Positions 39,386-49,263 of a stretch of DNA of 64,000 nt are shown here, in pieces. Made by a program: the position numbers and the translations under genes. Origin of the DNA: Dysgonamonadaceae bacterium (GTDB lineage: Bacteria > Bacteroidota > Bacteroidia > Bacteroidales > Azobacteroidaceae); assembly GCA_031257875.1 (NCBI GenBank), contig JAIRNV010000214.1:3746-67745 (forward strand). The letters are read 5' to 3'. Each line of letters opens with the position of its first letter. Position 1 is the stretch's first letter. The notes under the pieces were generated by a model. The model had not been told where the DNA came from, did not search any database, and worked only from the letters and a program-made list of their open reading frames with translations.

Positions 39386-40321
39386 CTAATTAGCGTCCTG
39401 ACTTATTTTACCTTTCCGTTCCGCCTCCAACTGCGCCCTTGTTTTGCTGTGAGTTACCACGTAAACCCCGACAAAAACCAAAACCGTGGCAAGCCCTTTC
39501 TTCCATCCGAAAACATCCATCCCGACTGCAATTGCAACAAGAGAAGACACAACCGGCTGTACATAATTGTACATGCTGACTACGGTGGGTCTCAGCCGTT
39601 TTTGTCCGACAGGTATCATGAGATAGCAGAAAAAAGTTGCAAGTCCCACAATGTACAGGATTTCCATCCATGTTTTTATCGAAATAGCCCGGTAATCAAC
39701 GGCGCTTGCGTCGTGCAGGCAAAAGGGGAGGCTGCATATAAACGCAAAAAGAAACATCCATTTCATTAAGGTAACGGGACTGTATCGCAAAATCAAATTT
39801 TTGAATGCGGTCAGATAAATAACAAATGTCAAAGTGCTGAGTATGCACAGCAAATTTCCTGCGAGACTTGCTCCGCCCCGGTCCATATTGTTGTTGAATA
39901 TCAGCAACAATGCTCCGGAAACTCCAATGAAAACCCCGGTGGCTTTCTGCCAGGTGATGGGTTCTTTGAGGAAAAAGGCGGCTAAAATCATAGTCAGTAT
40001 CGGCGCAACGGTAACAATCACCGAAGCATCAATGGGAGAAGTCAGGGAAAGACCTATTACATAAAATAACTGATTAAAGAAAATTCCCGCCATCGAAGCG
40101 CCGAAAAGCAGAAGTAAATCACGGCGCGGCACTTTTTCTTTGTGCGTAAACAAAGATGCTGTCCAAAAAAGAAAAGCCGCCCCGCCTATCCGGAAGAATG
40201 TCAAAGCAACAGGCGAAATCCCGCCGTCTGTCAACACGAACTTCATAACGGGTACGTTAAGCCCGAAAAGAATATATGCAACAGACAGCGCGATATGCCC
40301 CGCAGGATGTTTTTCCGTCAT
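39386..40321 (-). CDS. DMT/EamA family transporter
   Basis: Many TM helices in two EamA repeats; GLSLTSPIDAS, YNYVQPV. Confidence 0.9.
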   Translation of the reverse strand: MTEKHPAGHIALSVAYILFGLNVPVMKFVLTDGGISPVALTFFRIGGAAFLFWTASLFTHKEKVPRRDLLLLFGASMAGIFFNQLFYVIGLSLTSPIDASVIVTVAPILTMILAAFFLKEPITWQKATGVFIGVSGALLLIFNNNMDRGGASLAGNLLCILSTLTFVIYLTAFKNLILRYSPVTLMKWMFLFAFICSLPFCLHDASAVDYRAISIKTWMEILYIVGLATFFCYLMIPVGQKRLRPTVVSMYNYVQPVVSSLVAIAVGMDVFGWKKGLATVLVFVGVYVVTHSKTRAQLEAERKGKISQDAN

Positions 40322-41463
40322 TCCGCTGTTTCTGTTATCTCGTTTTCTATCAGTCTGAAATAATTGACGTCATAGCTTGTCGGCGTATTTACTTTCGGAG
40401 CATCTTTGACGGTACGGCCGCCGACCTTCCTGACAAAACCGTTCCAACCCGCAGGATTTGTTTGTTTTACGTACCTGAAAAACGCCGCCCATTGAGCAAT
40501 ATTTTCAACTGTGGAATAAACCGGGGGATTGTACTTTTTCAAACGTCCCCAATTCTGATTGAATGCAGTCGAATATTGATTCAATATACTCAACTTTAGT
40601 CCAATTTCCTCATCACTCAACAGGTTCAGCGAATCCAGCCGGTTAACTGCATTGACAGCCTCAGGCGACGGGTAAGCATTAAAAGCTTGTTCAACTTCTT
40701 TCCGCAGGCTGTCAATGTGTTCCAAATCACTTTCGTCTTTCGTAAAAAGATAATAAGGATGACCGGTAAATCGCAGTTTATTATTCTTGACGTCAAAACC
40801 GATATTTGCATTTTTATCCGTGAGAACAAAAGAGGTAAAAGGTCTAACGTCGCCGCAAAGATCATCATACAGTATTTGTTCGGTTAAATCATTCCTCTTC
40901 GGAACATGATATTTTTCCGACCGGGCAAGTATATATTCGCCTTCCTGATTTATCGGCAAGTCCCAAAGGAAATTAGGAAAATTCAACAAGTCGGCTTCAA
41001 AAATCCTCAATCCTGCCAAAGTATTCAAAAAAGCGGGATGATACCGGCATTGCGCCTGCCTGTTGCAAACCGTATCCCCCAACGGCGAAAATAAGACATG
41101 ATACGGGCTGTCGGCAAATTTTACGGTAGGAATCAATTGCCAATCGGGCAATTTCTGATAAATCTTGTGATTGTCGATTGTAATGATAATCAGGTCGGAT
41201 TTATAATCTAAGGAAATTTTACTGTTTTCGACGGTCTTTGAAGGCGTCGCAACCGATTCAAAGGAAATGCCGCCAATCTTTCCGTGAAACGAATAAGCGC
41301 CTATATTAGCCTTTTCCTGTATGGAACGCGCCGAATCACTTAAAAAGGATTCGTAATATAAATCAATGATATTCAGCGATTGCTGCCCGTATGTCAAATA
41401 AGCAGAGAACAAAAAGAAAGCGAGCAGGTTCAGTTTGAAATAAAAATATTTGCAATTCATCAT
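40318..41463 (-). CDS. Uncharacterised exported protein
   Basis: 381-aa ORF with signal peptide; ATGA overlap with the DMT gene; family not recognised. Confidence 0.75.
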   Translation of the reverse strand: MMNCKYFYFKLNLLAFFLFSAYLTYGQQSLNIIDLYYESFLSDSARSIQEKANIGAYSFHGKIGGISFESVATPSKTVENSKISLDYKSDLIIITIDNHKIYQKLPDWQLIPTVKFADSPYHVLFSPLGDTVCNRQAQCRYHPAFLNTLAGLRIFEADLLNFPNFLWDLPINQEGEYILARSEKYHVPKRNDLTEQILYDDLCGDVRPFTSFVLTDKNANIGFDVKNNKLRFTGHPYYLFTKDESDLEHIDSLRKEVEQAFNAYPSPEAVNAVNRLDSLNLLSDEEIGLKLSILNQYSTAFNQNWGRLKKYNPPVYSTVENIAQWAAFFRYVKQTNPAGWNGFVRKVGGRTVKDAPKVNTPTSYDVNYFRLIENEITETAE

Positions 41464-41602
41464 TTGAAAGGTAATTTTATTGTTATTTTAAATTTTAATT
41501 TGAATTAATTGTCTAATGAATAAGCGCTTTGCAGGGGCTGTACACATCCACATGTATCGGTCAATGATTTCATCTATTATATAGCGAATTTTGTAGCGGT
41601 TT

Positions 41603-42769
41603 CTATTCATTCGTCAGGTTAATTATATCTTCTTCAAAAACAGTCAGTTTCTCTATACCGGAATCCGTAACGAGGTAGGTATTCTCATTACCCACCGCAC
41701 CGGTTCCCGGCAATACAAACTTGGGTTCGTAAGCAATAACCATGCCCGGCAGCAAACAATCTTTCGAGCGCCCCGTCAATACAGGCAGTTCGTTGATTTC
41801 CAGCCCGACTCCGTGTCCGACAAATTTAGCCTGTTGGGCAGTACCCATGAAATTAGCTGCAAATCCTTCCTTTTCGGCCATTTGGATTGACCATTCAAAA
41901 ATTTCGTCGCAACCTGTTCCCGGCCCTGCTTCTTCCATCAACCGGCTGTGCATGGCCATCGAAAGCCGGTGCGCGCGGTAAGCCTCCTGTGGAAGTTCGC
42001 CGAAAGAGAAAACACGTGTCATATCCGAGAGGTAAGCGGTAAAATTGCCCGCCATGTCAACCATTACGGACGTTCCTTCCCGAACGGTTTCCCCGCTTGC
42101 GCCAATCGGAATGGCAGGGTGAAGTCCGGCGCCACCCAACGCAAAATCGAAAGGCGAGGGTGTCGCCGCATTATTTCCGGTCAGGATACTTCCCATAAAA
42201 ATATCCATATTCCGGCCGTGAACCCTGAAAATACCGAGAGAACCCTGTTTGCGCATAATCCGTTCGATTTCAATCTGAAATTCGATATCCGTCATCCCTT
42301 TCCGAAAAACAGCCGGAATTTCGCGATAGGCCTCCGCATGTTTGGCGGCGGAAATGCGGAATTGCCCAATTTCCCAAGGCGTTTTAATCATACGCGCCTG
42401 CCGCAGGATGGCACTTGCATTCCCGGTACGCGCAGGATTAAACGCTTTTTTCAAACGGACAAACTCGCTGTAAGCAATTTGGTCTTCCTCCAAAAAAAGG
42501 TTTTCCGGCAAAGGAATGTCCCGGTCTTTGAGTGAACCGGGAATGTCTTCCGGTTTTCGGATTGAAACGGTTTGCTCACCGCCCCGGCCTGAAGGCCGCT
42601 GAACAAACTCAATCGGATTGCCTTCCGCCGGAAGATATAAAAAGCCCGTAAATATTTGTTCCGTAAGATAATAAATATTTACATTGGTAGAAATCAAACA
42701 TGCGTCGCTTCCGGCTTTTACAAGCAGTTTTTGCACTGAATCCCAACGGATTCGCAGGTCTTTGTTCAT
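41603..42769 (-). CDS. Xaa-Pro peptidase (M24) family protein
   Basis: RMIKTPWEI, DMTR, GHGVGLEINE, EPK, GNENTY. Confidence 0.93.
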   Translation of the reverse strand: MNKDLRIRWDSVQKLLVKAGSDACLISTNVNIYYLTEQIFTGFLYLPAEGNPIEFVQRPSGRGGEQTVSIRKPEDIPGSLKDRDIPLPENLFLEEDQIAYSEFVRLKKAFNPARTGNASAILRQARMIKTPWEIGQFRISAAKHAEAYREIPAVFRKGMTDIEFQIEIERIMRKQGSLGIFRVHGRNMDIFMGSILTGNNAATPSPFDFALGGAGLHPAIPIGASGETVREGTSVMVDMAGNFTAYLSDMTRVFSFGELPQEAYRAHRLSMAMHSRLMEEAGPGTGCDEIFEWSIQMAEKEGFAANFMGTAQQAKFVGHGVGLEINELPVLTGRSKDCLLPGMVIAYEPKFVLPGTGAVGNENTYLVTDSGIEKLTVFEEDIINLTNE

Positions 42770-42894
42770 AAAAATACATTGAAATACCGCGCGAAATTAT
42801 AACTATTTTCGTAATTTTGCAACCCTGCCTCAAAAACGGAGGAACCCGGAGTTAATTATTTCATGTTATTTATTTTATATTCCTGAATATACTT

Positions 42895-44214
42895 ATGGAA
42901 AGAAAACTGATGTCGGAACTGGTCAAGTGGAAAGGCCGGAAAGGCAGAAAACCTCTCTTGCTCGAAGGTGCACGGCAGGTTGGGAAAACCTGGTTGCTGA
43001 AAGATTTTGGCAAGCGGCATTTCAAGAATGTGGCATATATCAATTTCCAAAATCCAAGCCGGGAGTTGATAGCCCTTTTTAACGGTTCGATTGAGCCAAA
43101 ACGCATTATTATGATGCTTGAACTGATGCTGAATATGAATATCAGCCCGGCGGAAACGCTGATTATTTTTGATGAAGTGCAGGAAGCGCCGCGTGCATTG
43201 ACTTCTTTGAAATATTTTTGTGAAGACACTCCCGAATACTGTCTCGCCACTGCGGGCAGTTTGCTTGGTATTTTTCTGCATAAAGATACTTCTTTCCCTG
43301 TTGGAAAGGTAAATACGTTAAAATTGGAACCGATGGATTTTGAAGAGTTTTTGTGGGCAAACAGCAGGGAAAATATTGTAACTTTCTTACAATCGAATCT
43401 TTTTGAAACAGCTTTTAATGAAATCCTTTCCGATTTATTCAAACAGTATCTTTATATCGGTGGAATGCCCGAAACCGTTGCAGACTGGATTGAAAATCAA
43501 AATGTTGAAAATGCAAATGCTATTCAGGAAGAAATTTTGAGCAACTACCGCAAAGACTTTATCAAACATACCGACAACACAACCGCTGTCCGCATCCGTC
43601 AGGTTTTCGACAGCTTGCCTGCTCAGTTCGCCCGGAAAAATGACAAATTTCTTTATGGAACAGTAAAATCGGGCGCGAGGGCAAGAGAATACGAAATGGC
43701 TATCGAATGGCTGATTGACGCAGGCATTGTGCGCCGCGTGAATCAGGTTGGTTGCTGGGATAAAATTCCATTAAAATCATACGCCGGTTTTTCTGCTTTC
43801 AAACTCTATTTTGTTGATGTCGGACTGTTTCGACACTTTGCCGAAATACCGTTTGAAGTAATACAAAGCAATACAGCCATTTTTGACGAATTTAACGGCT
43901 TGGTTGCCGAACAGTTTGTTTTACAGCAGTTAGCAAAGCATACACTGTATTATTGGACAGGTGGCAAGGATAGTGAAGTTGATTTTCTGATGCAGTATGG
44001 TTCTGAAATTGTGCCGATAGAAGTAAAGAGCGGAAAAAATGTACAGGCAAAAAGTTTGAAAATATTTAGAGAAAAATATGCACCCGAAATCAGTGTCCGT
44101 TTTTCACTGAAAAATACGCGGTTAGACAATGATATGCTCAATATTTCCCTGTTTAGCTCTTTTTTGTATGAAAATCTACTTGATTATTCCTCCAAAAAAT
44201 TCGTAAAACAATAA
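42895..44214 (+). CDS. AAA_14 ATPase with DUF4143 C-terminal domain
   Basis: GARQVGKT, IFDEVQ, FPVGKV, GGMPE, EVDF..., PIEVKSG. Confidence 0.9.
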   Translation: MERKLMSELVKWKGRKGRKPLLLEGARQVGKTWLLKDFGKRHFKNVAYINFQNPSRELIALFNGSIEPKRIIMMLELMLNMNISPAETLIIFDEVQEAPRALTSLKYFCEDTPEYCLATAGSLLGIFLHKDTSFPVGKVNTLKLEPMDFEEFLWANSRENIVTFLQSNLFETAFNEILSDLFKQYLYIGGMPETVADWIENQNVENANAIQEEILSNYRKDFIKHTDNTTAVRIRQVFDSLPAQFARKNDKFLYGTVKSGARAREYEMAIEWLIDAGIVRRVNQVGCWDKIPLKSYAGFSAFKLYFVDVGLFRHFAEIPFEVIQSNTAIFDEFNGLVAEQFVLQQLAKHTLYYWTGGKDSEVDFLMQYGSEIVPIEVKSGKNVQAKSLKIFREKYAPEISVRFSLKNTRLDNDMLNISLFSSFLYENLLDYSSKKFVKQ

Positions 44215-44268
44215 ATATATTCTTCTGAAAAATGTGTAAGCACTTATGTTAAAATGGTTTTAAGAAAT

Positions 44269-45531
44269 ATGAAACATCCTTTAATTTTAATTCTCATCTG
44301 CCTGTTCTGCGCAACTTCCCAAGAAAACATACAGGCGCAAAAATTCAAAACCGGCGCATTTTCCGACAAAGTAAAAACCTTGCAAGTGCATCCTGCGAAT
44401 CAATGGGAGGCCGCACCGATAGTAGAATTAAATGGTGCCGGCGGAATCGTAATCAGTTTCGATGTGATGGAAGCCGCCCCGGGCGCATATACCTATACCG
44501 TAACGCATTGCAATGCCGACTGGACGCCTTCGCAATTGATTCAATCCGAATTTATGAGCGGTTTTCAGGAGCGTTATGTGGATGATTATGCCCCGTCTTT
44601 TAATACGACGATGAATTATGTCAATTACCGCATCGCTTTTCCAAACGAAGATGTAACGCTGAAAGTATCGGGGAATTATGCCGTTCAGGTTTTCCCCGAA
44701 TATGACGATACGCCGGTTTTATGCGCCTGTTTTTCGCTCGTTGAACGGAAGTCGGATATTTTCATGCAGGTAACTTCGCAAACCGACCGTGGCATGAATA
44801 ATTTTTACCAGCAGGTTCATTTTACGCTCACTTACGGCCATGAAGTGAAAACGCCCATGCAGGATTTGAAAGTGTTTGTGCGCCAGAATAATCGCGCCGA
44901 CAATGAAGCGGCTTTGGTGAAACCCTTGCGAATACAGGGCAATCAACTCATCTACGAGCATATTCCCTCGTTGATATTTGAAGCCGGAAACGAGTACCGG
45001 AATTTTGAGATGACAACCCGTCAATACAACGGCCTGAATATTGAAGCCATTAAATATTATTCTCCTTATTATCATGTCCTGTTGTATCCCGGCCGTATCC
45101 GCGCCGGCCGTTCTTACTCCTGTTATGAAGATATTAACGGTAAAATTTTTGTCCGCACTCTTTCGGGAACAGACGCCGACACGGAGGCCGATTATTACAT
45201 TGTTCATTTTTTCCTTCCCTGTGAAAACCCTTATCCCGAAGCGGTTTACATTTTAAGCGAAGCCTTTAACAACCTTTTGGACGAACGGAGTAAAATGGAT
45301 TATAATCCGAAGGAAGGCGGTTATGAAAAATCCGTACTGTTGAAAGAAGGTTATTATAACTATCTGCATGTTACGCGAAAAAATGATAAACCGGGCGGCA
45401 GTACAGCCCTGCTGGAAGGCAATTATTACCAGACGGAAAACGAGTATCGGGTTTTGGTTTATTTTCGCCGCACCGGCGATAAATACGATCAGTTAATTGG
45501 GACACAAACTGTTCAATTTAGAAATGAGTAA
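44269..45531 (+). CDS. DUF5103 protein, T9SS Plug-like
   Basis: HCNADW, SFNT...Y.NY, SGNY, GNEYR.F, LKEGYYNY, EGNYYQTENEY. Confidence 0.75.
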   Translation: MKHPLILILICLFCATSQENIQAQKFKTGAFSDKVKTLQVHPANQWEAAPIVELNGAGGIVISFDVMEAAPGAYTYTVTHCNADWTPSQLIQSEFMSGFQERYVDDYAPSFNTTMNYVNYRIAFPNEDVTLKVSGNYAVQVFPEYDDTPVLCACFSLVERKSDIFMQVTSQTDRGMNNFYQQVHFTLTYGHEVKTPMQDLKVFVRQNNRADNEAALVKPLRIQGNQLIYEHIPSLIFEAGNEYRNFEMTTRQYNGLNIEAIKYYSPYYHVLLYPGRIRAGRSYSCYEDINGKIFVRTLSGTDADTEADYYIVHFFLPCENPYPEAVYILSEAFNNLLDERSKMDYNPKEGGYEKSVLLKEGYYNYLHVTRKNDKPGGSTALLEGNYYQTENEYRVLVYFRRTGDKYDQLIGTQTVQFRNE

Positions 45532-45774
45532 ACGAGTGGACAAGTTAACTTACGCTCTCCTCTGACGATGATAGTGGCTTCCCTGCCGCCATTGTCCTGC
45601 ACTTCCATTGAAATGATTGTCCTGTTTATATTCATTGTCTTTTTATGTAATAAACTTTGGCAGTTATATCAATAAAAAATATGTTAGGGAACAATATTTT
45701 ATGCTTTGATCCCGTTACTTCATATCCAATTAAAAATATTTCTCTAATATTGCCTGAAATTACAAGTAATAGAT

Positions 45775-46618
45775 ATGCGAGCGGATAGATTAGATTTATA
45801 TAAGCAATTAGAGGAGAAAAGAAATTCCAAGCTATTGGTTTATATAACAGGAACCAGGCAGGGACTTGAGACTCAAATCGCTAATGACGTATTGTCAAGG
45901 TTTTCCGAGCACTTGGACAAAATTGGCGACAATGACTAAACAAGCCATGTTGGGACCAATTGACCCAAGTGTTAATGGCCCGTTAAATCCTGCTATACCA
46001 GGTGTACCTGGCCCTAATGCTAAGGTTCCTGTAAGCGTGGAATATGTCAATGCATATATTGAAATGGCTAATAAAGATTTTGGAATTACCGACCAAAGGA
46101 ATATGACCGATATATTACTGCATTTATCGGAAAAGATTCATCCTTTAACATTGGGACAGGTTTATAAGTCTAAAAGCCAAATACAAATATTGGCAAGGAA
46201 GTTGATGAAATGGCAACATCTTGAACAGGATAAGGAAGATGCAATAGTCAAATTCTTATGCAGTGAATCCGGCAGTCATGATTATTCCATACGAAGAAAG
46301 GAAGCAAGTAAGAGTTTAGGATTACCTGTTGAAAAGCCATCAATGGATGAATATAACATTATCAAGGCTATTTATGATGATATAAGTAAAGAGTTGGAAT
46401 TGGATGTTCCTTTTAATCCGGCTATAATACTTAATGGATTAGATAGCGTTCCGTACTCTTTCAGGAGGGGAATAATAGAATCATTGGAAAATGGAACGGA
46501 TGTCTTTATAAGAGGTGGTACATTCGAGAGACAAGTGCTTCCTACTCCTCCGGGAGTTCCGCCTCAAATTACTTTAAATGATAACAGGACATTAGAAGGT
46601 TGGCAACATGAAATATAA
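45775..46618 (+). pseudogene. SDH/ClpP-like serine proteinase with internal deletion and frameshift
   Basis: One frame from 45775 reads MRADRLDLYKQLEEKRNSKLLVYITG...FSEHLDKIGDND*; another frame resumes at MTKQAMLGPIDPS...GSHDYSI.RKEA..LGL. The T.GG and SA(G/A)T segment expected between them is absent. AT-rich segment. Confidence 0.75.
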
Positions 46619-46624
46619 ATTATT

Positions 46625-46798
46625 ATGAAAACAAAAGTAAATAAAGTTTCAATTAGTGGGTATAATCCCAAAACAGAATTAAAAACAAATTCATATAGTG
46701 CAAGTTATTTCCATGAAAACTCTGCTACTAAGAATACGGTTGCAGATGTAATCAAAAATAAGTCAATTATCATTTCTAATGAAATTGGGAAGTTTTAA
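46625..46798 (+). CDS. 57-aa hypothetical protein downstream of the SDH-like gene
   Basis: MKTKVNKVSISGYNPKTELKTNSYSASYFHENSATKNTVADVIKNKSIIISNEIGKF; 6 nt after the upstream stop and followed by a terminator. Confidence 0.5.
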   Translation: MKTKVNKVSISGYNPKTELKTNSYSASYFHENSATKNTVADVIKNKSIIISNEIGKF

Positions 46799-46817
46799 TA
46801 AATGAAGCCCTTAAGGT

Positions 46818-46851
46818 GAAGACATCCCTGCACGGATGTCTTCTTTTTTTT
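46818..46851 (+). terminator. Intrinsic terminator
   Basis: GAAGACATCC-CTGCAC-GGATGTCTTC followed by T8. Confidence 0.85.
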
Positions 46852-46933
46852 GCTTCAATTCATTAAGTTTTTTTTTAGAAATCAGACAAGCCTGTTTGGG
46901 GTATTGTCGTAAATAATTACCTGAATTTTTATT

Positions 46934-47644
46934 ATGCTTTTATTTTACGCCCCCGATATAGCCGACCGGCCGCAACTTCCCGAAGCGGAAGCGCAACATT
47001 GCTTGAAGGTGTTGCGGATGCAAGCCGGCGACATCGTGCATGTAACCGACGGAAAGGGGAATTTATACAAAGCCGCCCTCCTCGAAACTCATCCGAAACA
47101 TTGCCTGCTGGACGTTTTGGAAACCATCCCTCAAGCGCCGGCCCGGAAAGGACAGATAACCGTAGCTCTGGCGCCGGCAAAAAGCATGGAACGGACGGAA
47201 TGGTTTGCCGAAAAAGCAACGGAAACGGGAATAGACGCCATTGCTTTTCTGAATTGCCGTTTTTCGGAACGTAAAGAAATTAAAACGGAACGGATTACCA
47301 AAATACTCGTTTCGGCTATGAAACAATCCCTGAAAGTCCGCTTGCCCCAGCTGCAAGAGATGACCGGCTTTCAAAAATTCATCACTCAAAATTTTGAAGG
47401 ACAGAAGTTTATTGCCCATTGTCATTCCGGACAAAAATCTTTATTATCGAAAATCTATCGTCCGGGCGAAAATGCTTTGGTACTCATCGGGCCGGAAGGC
47501 GATTTCAGCGAAGAAGAAGTTGAATTGGCCGTCAAACAGGGATTCACTCCCGTTTCTTTGGGCAAAAGCCGGCTGCGGACGGAAACGGCGGCGCTGGCTG
47601 CCTGTCAGACCATTCACATCATCAATCAATTGTCCGAAAAATGA
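46934..47644 (+). CDS. rsmE: 16S rRNA m3U1498 methyltransferase
   Basis: HCLKVLRM, EKATETG, SAMKQS, IGPEGDFS, LRTETAA. Confidence 0.95.
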   Translation: MLLFYAPDIADRPQLPEAEAQHCLKVLRMQAGDIVHVTDGKGNLYKAALLETHPKHCLLDVLETIPQAPARKGQITVALAPAKSMERTEWFAEKATETGIDAIAFLNCRFSERKEIKTERITKILVSAMKQSLKVRLPQLQEMTGFQKFITQNFEGQKFIAHCHSGQKSLLSKIYRPGENALVLIGPEGDFSEEEVELAVKQGFTPVSLGKSRLRTETAALAACQTIHIINQLSEK

Positions 47645-48333
47645 AAAAACGACTGATACGAATCGCGCAGTGGACAAGAAATATCATTGCGTTCCTCTTT
47701 GTACTCAGCCTGTTGCTGGTACTTTTGTATAAATATGTTCCGGTGTATTACACCCCGCAGATGTTGACCCGTTCACACATTTCCCGTCAATGGCGGCCGC
47801 TGCCGGATATTTCCCAACATTTGGTGCAAGCCGTTATCGCTTCGGAAGATAATTTTTTCTTAATCCATAACGGATTCAATATTAATCCGTTTGAAATAGA
47901 TTCCACAGAGATGTTCAGAAGCAGGGTATTGAGGGAAAACAAAACCGTTTCCCAACAGACCGCCGGTGCGGTATTCCTTTTGCCCGGCCGTTCCCTGATT
48001 CACAACAATCTCGAAACTTATTTCACCATATTGATTGAATTTGTCTGGGGCAAAAAACGCATCATGGAAGTTTACCTCAATACAAAAGAAATGGGCGACG
48101 GAATTTTCGGCGCAGAAGCGATAGCCGAAAAGAATTTTCAAAAGCCGGCAGTTCAACTGTCTGCTTCCGAGGCGGCTTTGATTACAACGGCTTTCCCGAA
48201 TCCGAAAGCGTTTAATTCGGGAAAACCGACAAGTTACATGTTAAAACAACAGGCAAAAATTATTTCCCTGATGGCTAAAATCATTCCGGTCGAAATGGGT
48301 AACTCGACAGGCTCGTCAAGCAAAGAAAATTAA
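47641..48333 (+). CDS. mtgA: Monofunctional peptidoglycan transglycosylase (GT51) with degenerate motifs 2 and 3
   Basis: AVIASEDNFF.HNGF, SQQTA, WGKKRIMEVYLN..EMGDGIFGAEA. Confidence 0.8.
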   Translation: MKKRLIRIAQWTRNIIAFLFVLSLLLVLLYKYVPVYYTPQMLTRSHISRQWRPLPDISQHLVQAVIASEDNFFLIHNGFNINPFEIDSTEMFRSRVLRENKTVSQQTAGAVFLLPGRSLIHNNLETYFTILIEFVWGKKRIMEVYLNTKEMGDGIFGAEAIAEKNFQKPAVQLSASEAALITTAFPNPKAFNSGKPTSYMLKQQAKIISLMAKIIPVEMGNSTGSSSKEN

Positions 48334-48343
48334 TTAAAACACG

Positions 48344-49036
48344 ATGAATAAACCGGAATACGTCGATTGGGGACTGACGCCCTACGCCGAAGCATACGAA
48401 AAACAAAAAACCTTGTTTGACACGGCTATCAAACGGAAAATAGCTCACGAACCTGTGCGCAACACCTTGATTTTCTGCGAACATCCCCACGTAATCACCC
48501 TCGGCAAACACGGTTCGGACGCCAACCTGCTGTTTCCCGAAGAAGTCTTGAAAGAAAAGCAAATAGAAGTATTCCGGGTAGATAGAGGCGGAGATATTAC
48601 CTACCACGGACCCGGGCAATTAGTCGGTTACCCGATATTGGATCTGGAATCTTTCCGAATCGGGCTGAAAGAATATATTTACCGGATAGAAGAAGCCATC
48701 ATTGATTTACTAGCGGAGTATAACATTAAAGGAGAGCGGTTGGCGGGGGCCACAGGCGTTTGGATAGAGAAAGCGCGGAAAATCTGCGCTATCGGCGTGA
48801 GAAGCAGCCGATACGTTACGATGCACGGATTTGCTTTGAATGTTTCTACCGATTTGGATTATTTCAGGTTGATTAATCCCTGCGGATTTAAAGATAAGGG
48901 AGTAACCTCCATGGAGAAAGAATTGAATCGGGGAATTAGTGTGGAGGAGGTGAAGAAGCGTTTATTAAATTATCTGTGGGGACAATTTGAAAAACATAGT
49001 ATTCCGGAAACAAATCGCCGGCATCCTTATGTGTAA
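48344..49036 (+). CDS. lipB: Lipoyl(octanoyl) transferase
   Basis: CEHPHVITLG, RGGDITYHGPGQ, KICAIG, HGFALN, INPCG. Confidence 0.96.
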   Translation: MNKPEYVDWGLTPYAEAYEKQKTLFDTAIKRKIAHEPVRNTLIFCEHPHVITLGKHGSDANLLFPEEVLKEKQIEVFRVDRGGDITYHGPGQLVGYPILDLESFRIGLKEYIYRIEEAIIDLLAEYNIKGERLAGATGVWIEKARKICAIGVRSSRYVTMHGFALNVSTDLDYFRLINPCGFKDKGVTSMEKELNRGISVEEVKKRLLNYLWGQFEKHSIPETNRRHPYV

Positions 49037-49263
49037 ACTGTTCCTGTTTTTGAAAATAACATATAAGACAGACAAACAGGCCGGTATAATATACTTTTAA
49101 CGCATTTATATGAAATATAAAATCTTTTTGACAGGCTTTTTGTCGTTTTTATGTCATTTTATTTTGATAATTCAAAAATATGTGTTTCCTTTGCAGCGCC
49201 GTATTCGAATAATTAAACCGATGTCGGTAATTTTTTTATCATTTATTTAAAAAGGGTATCATT

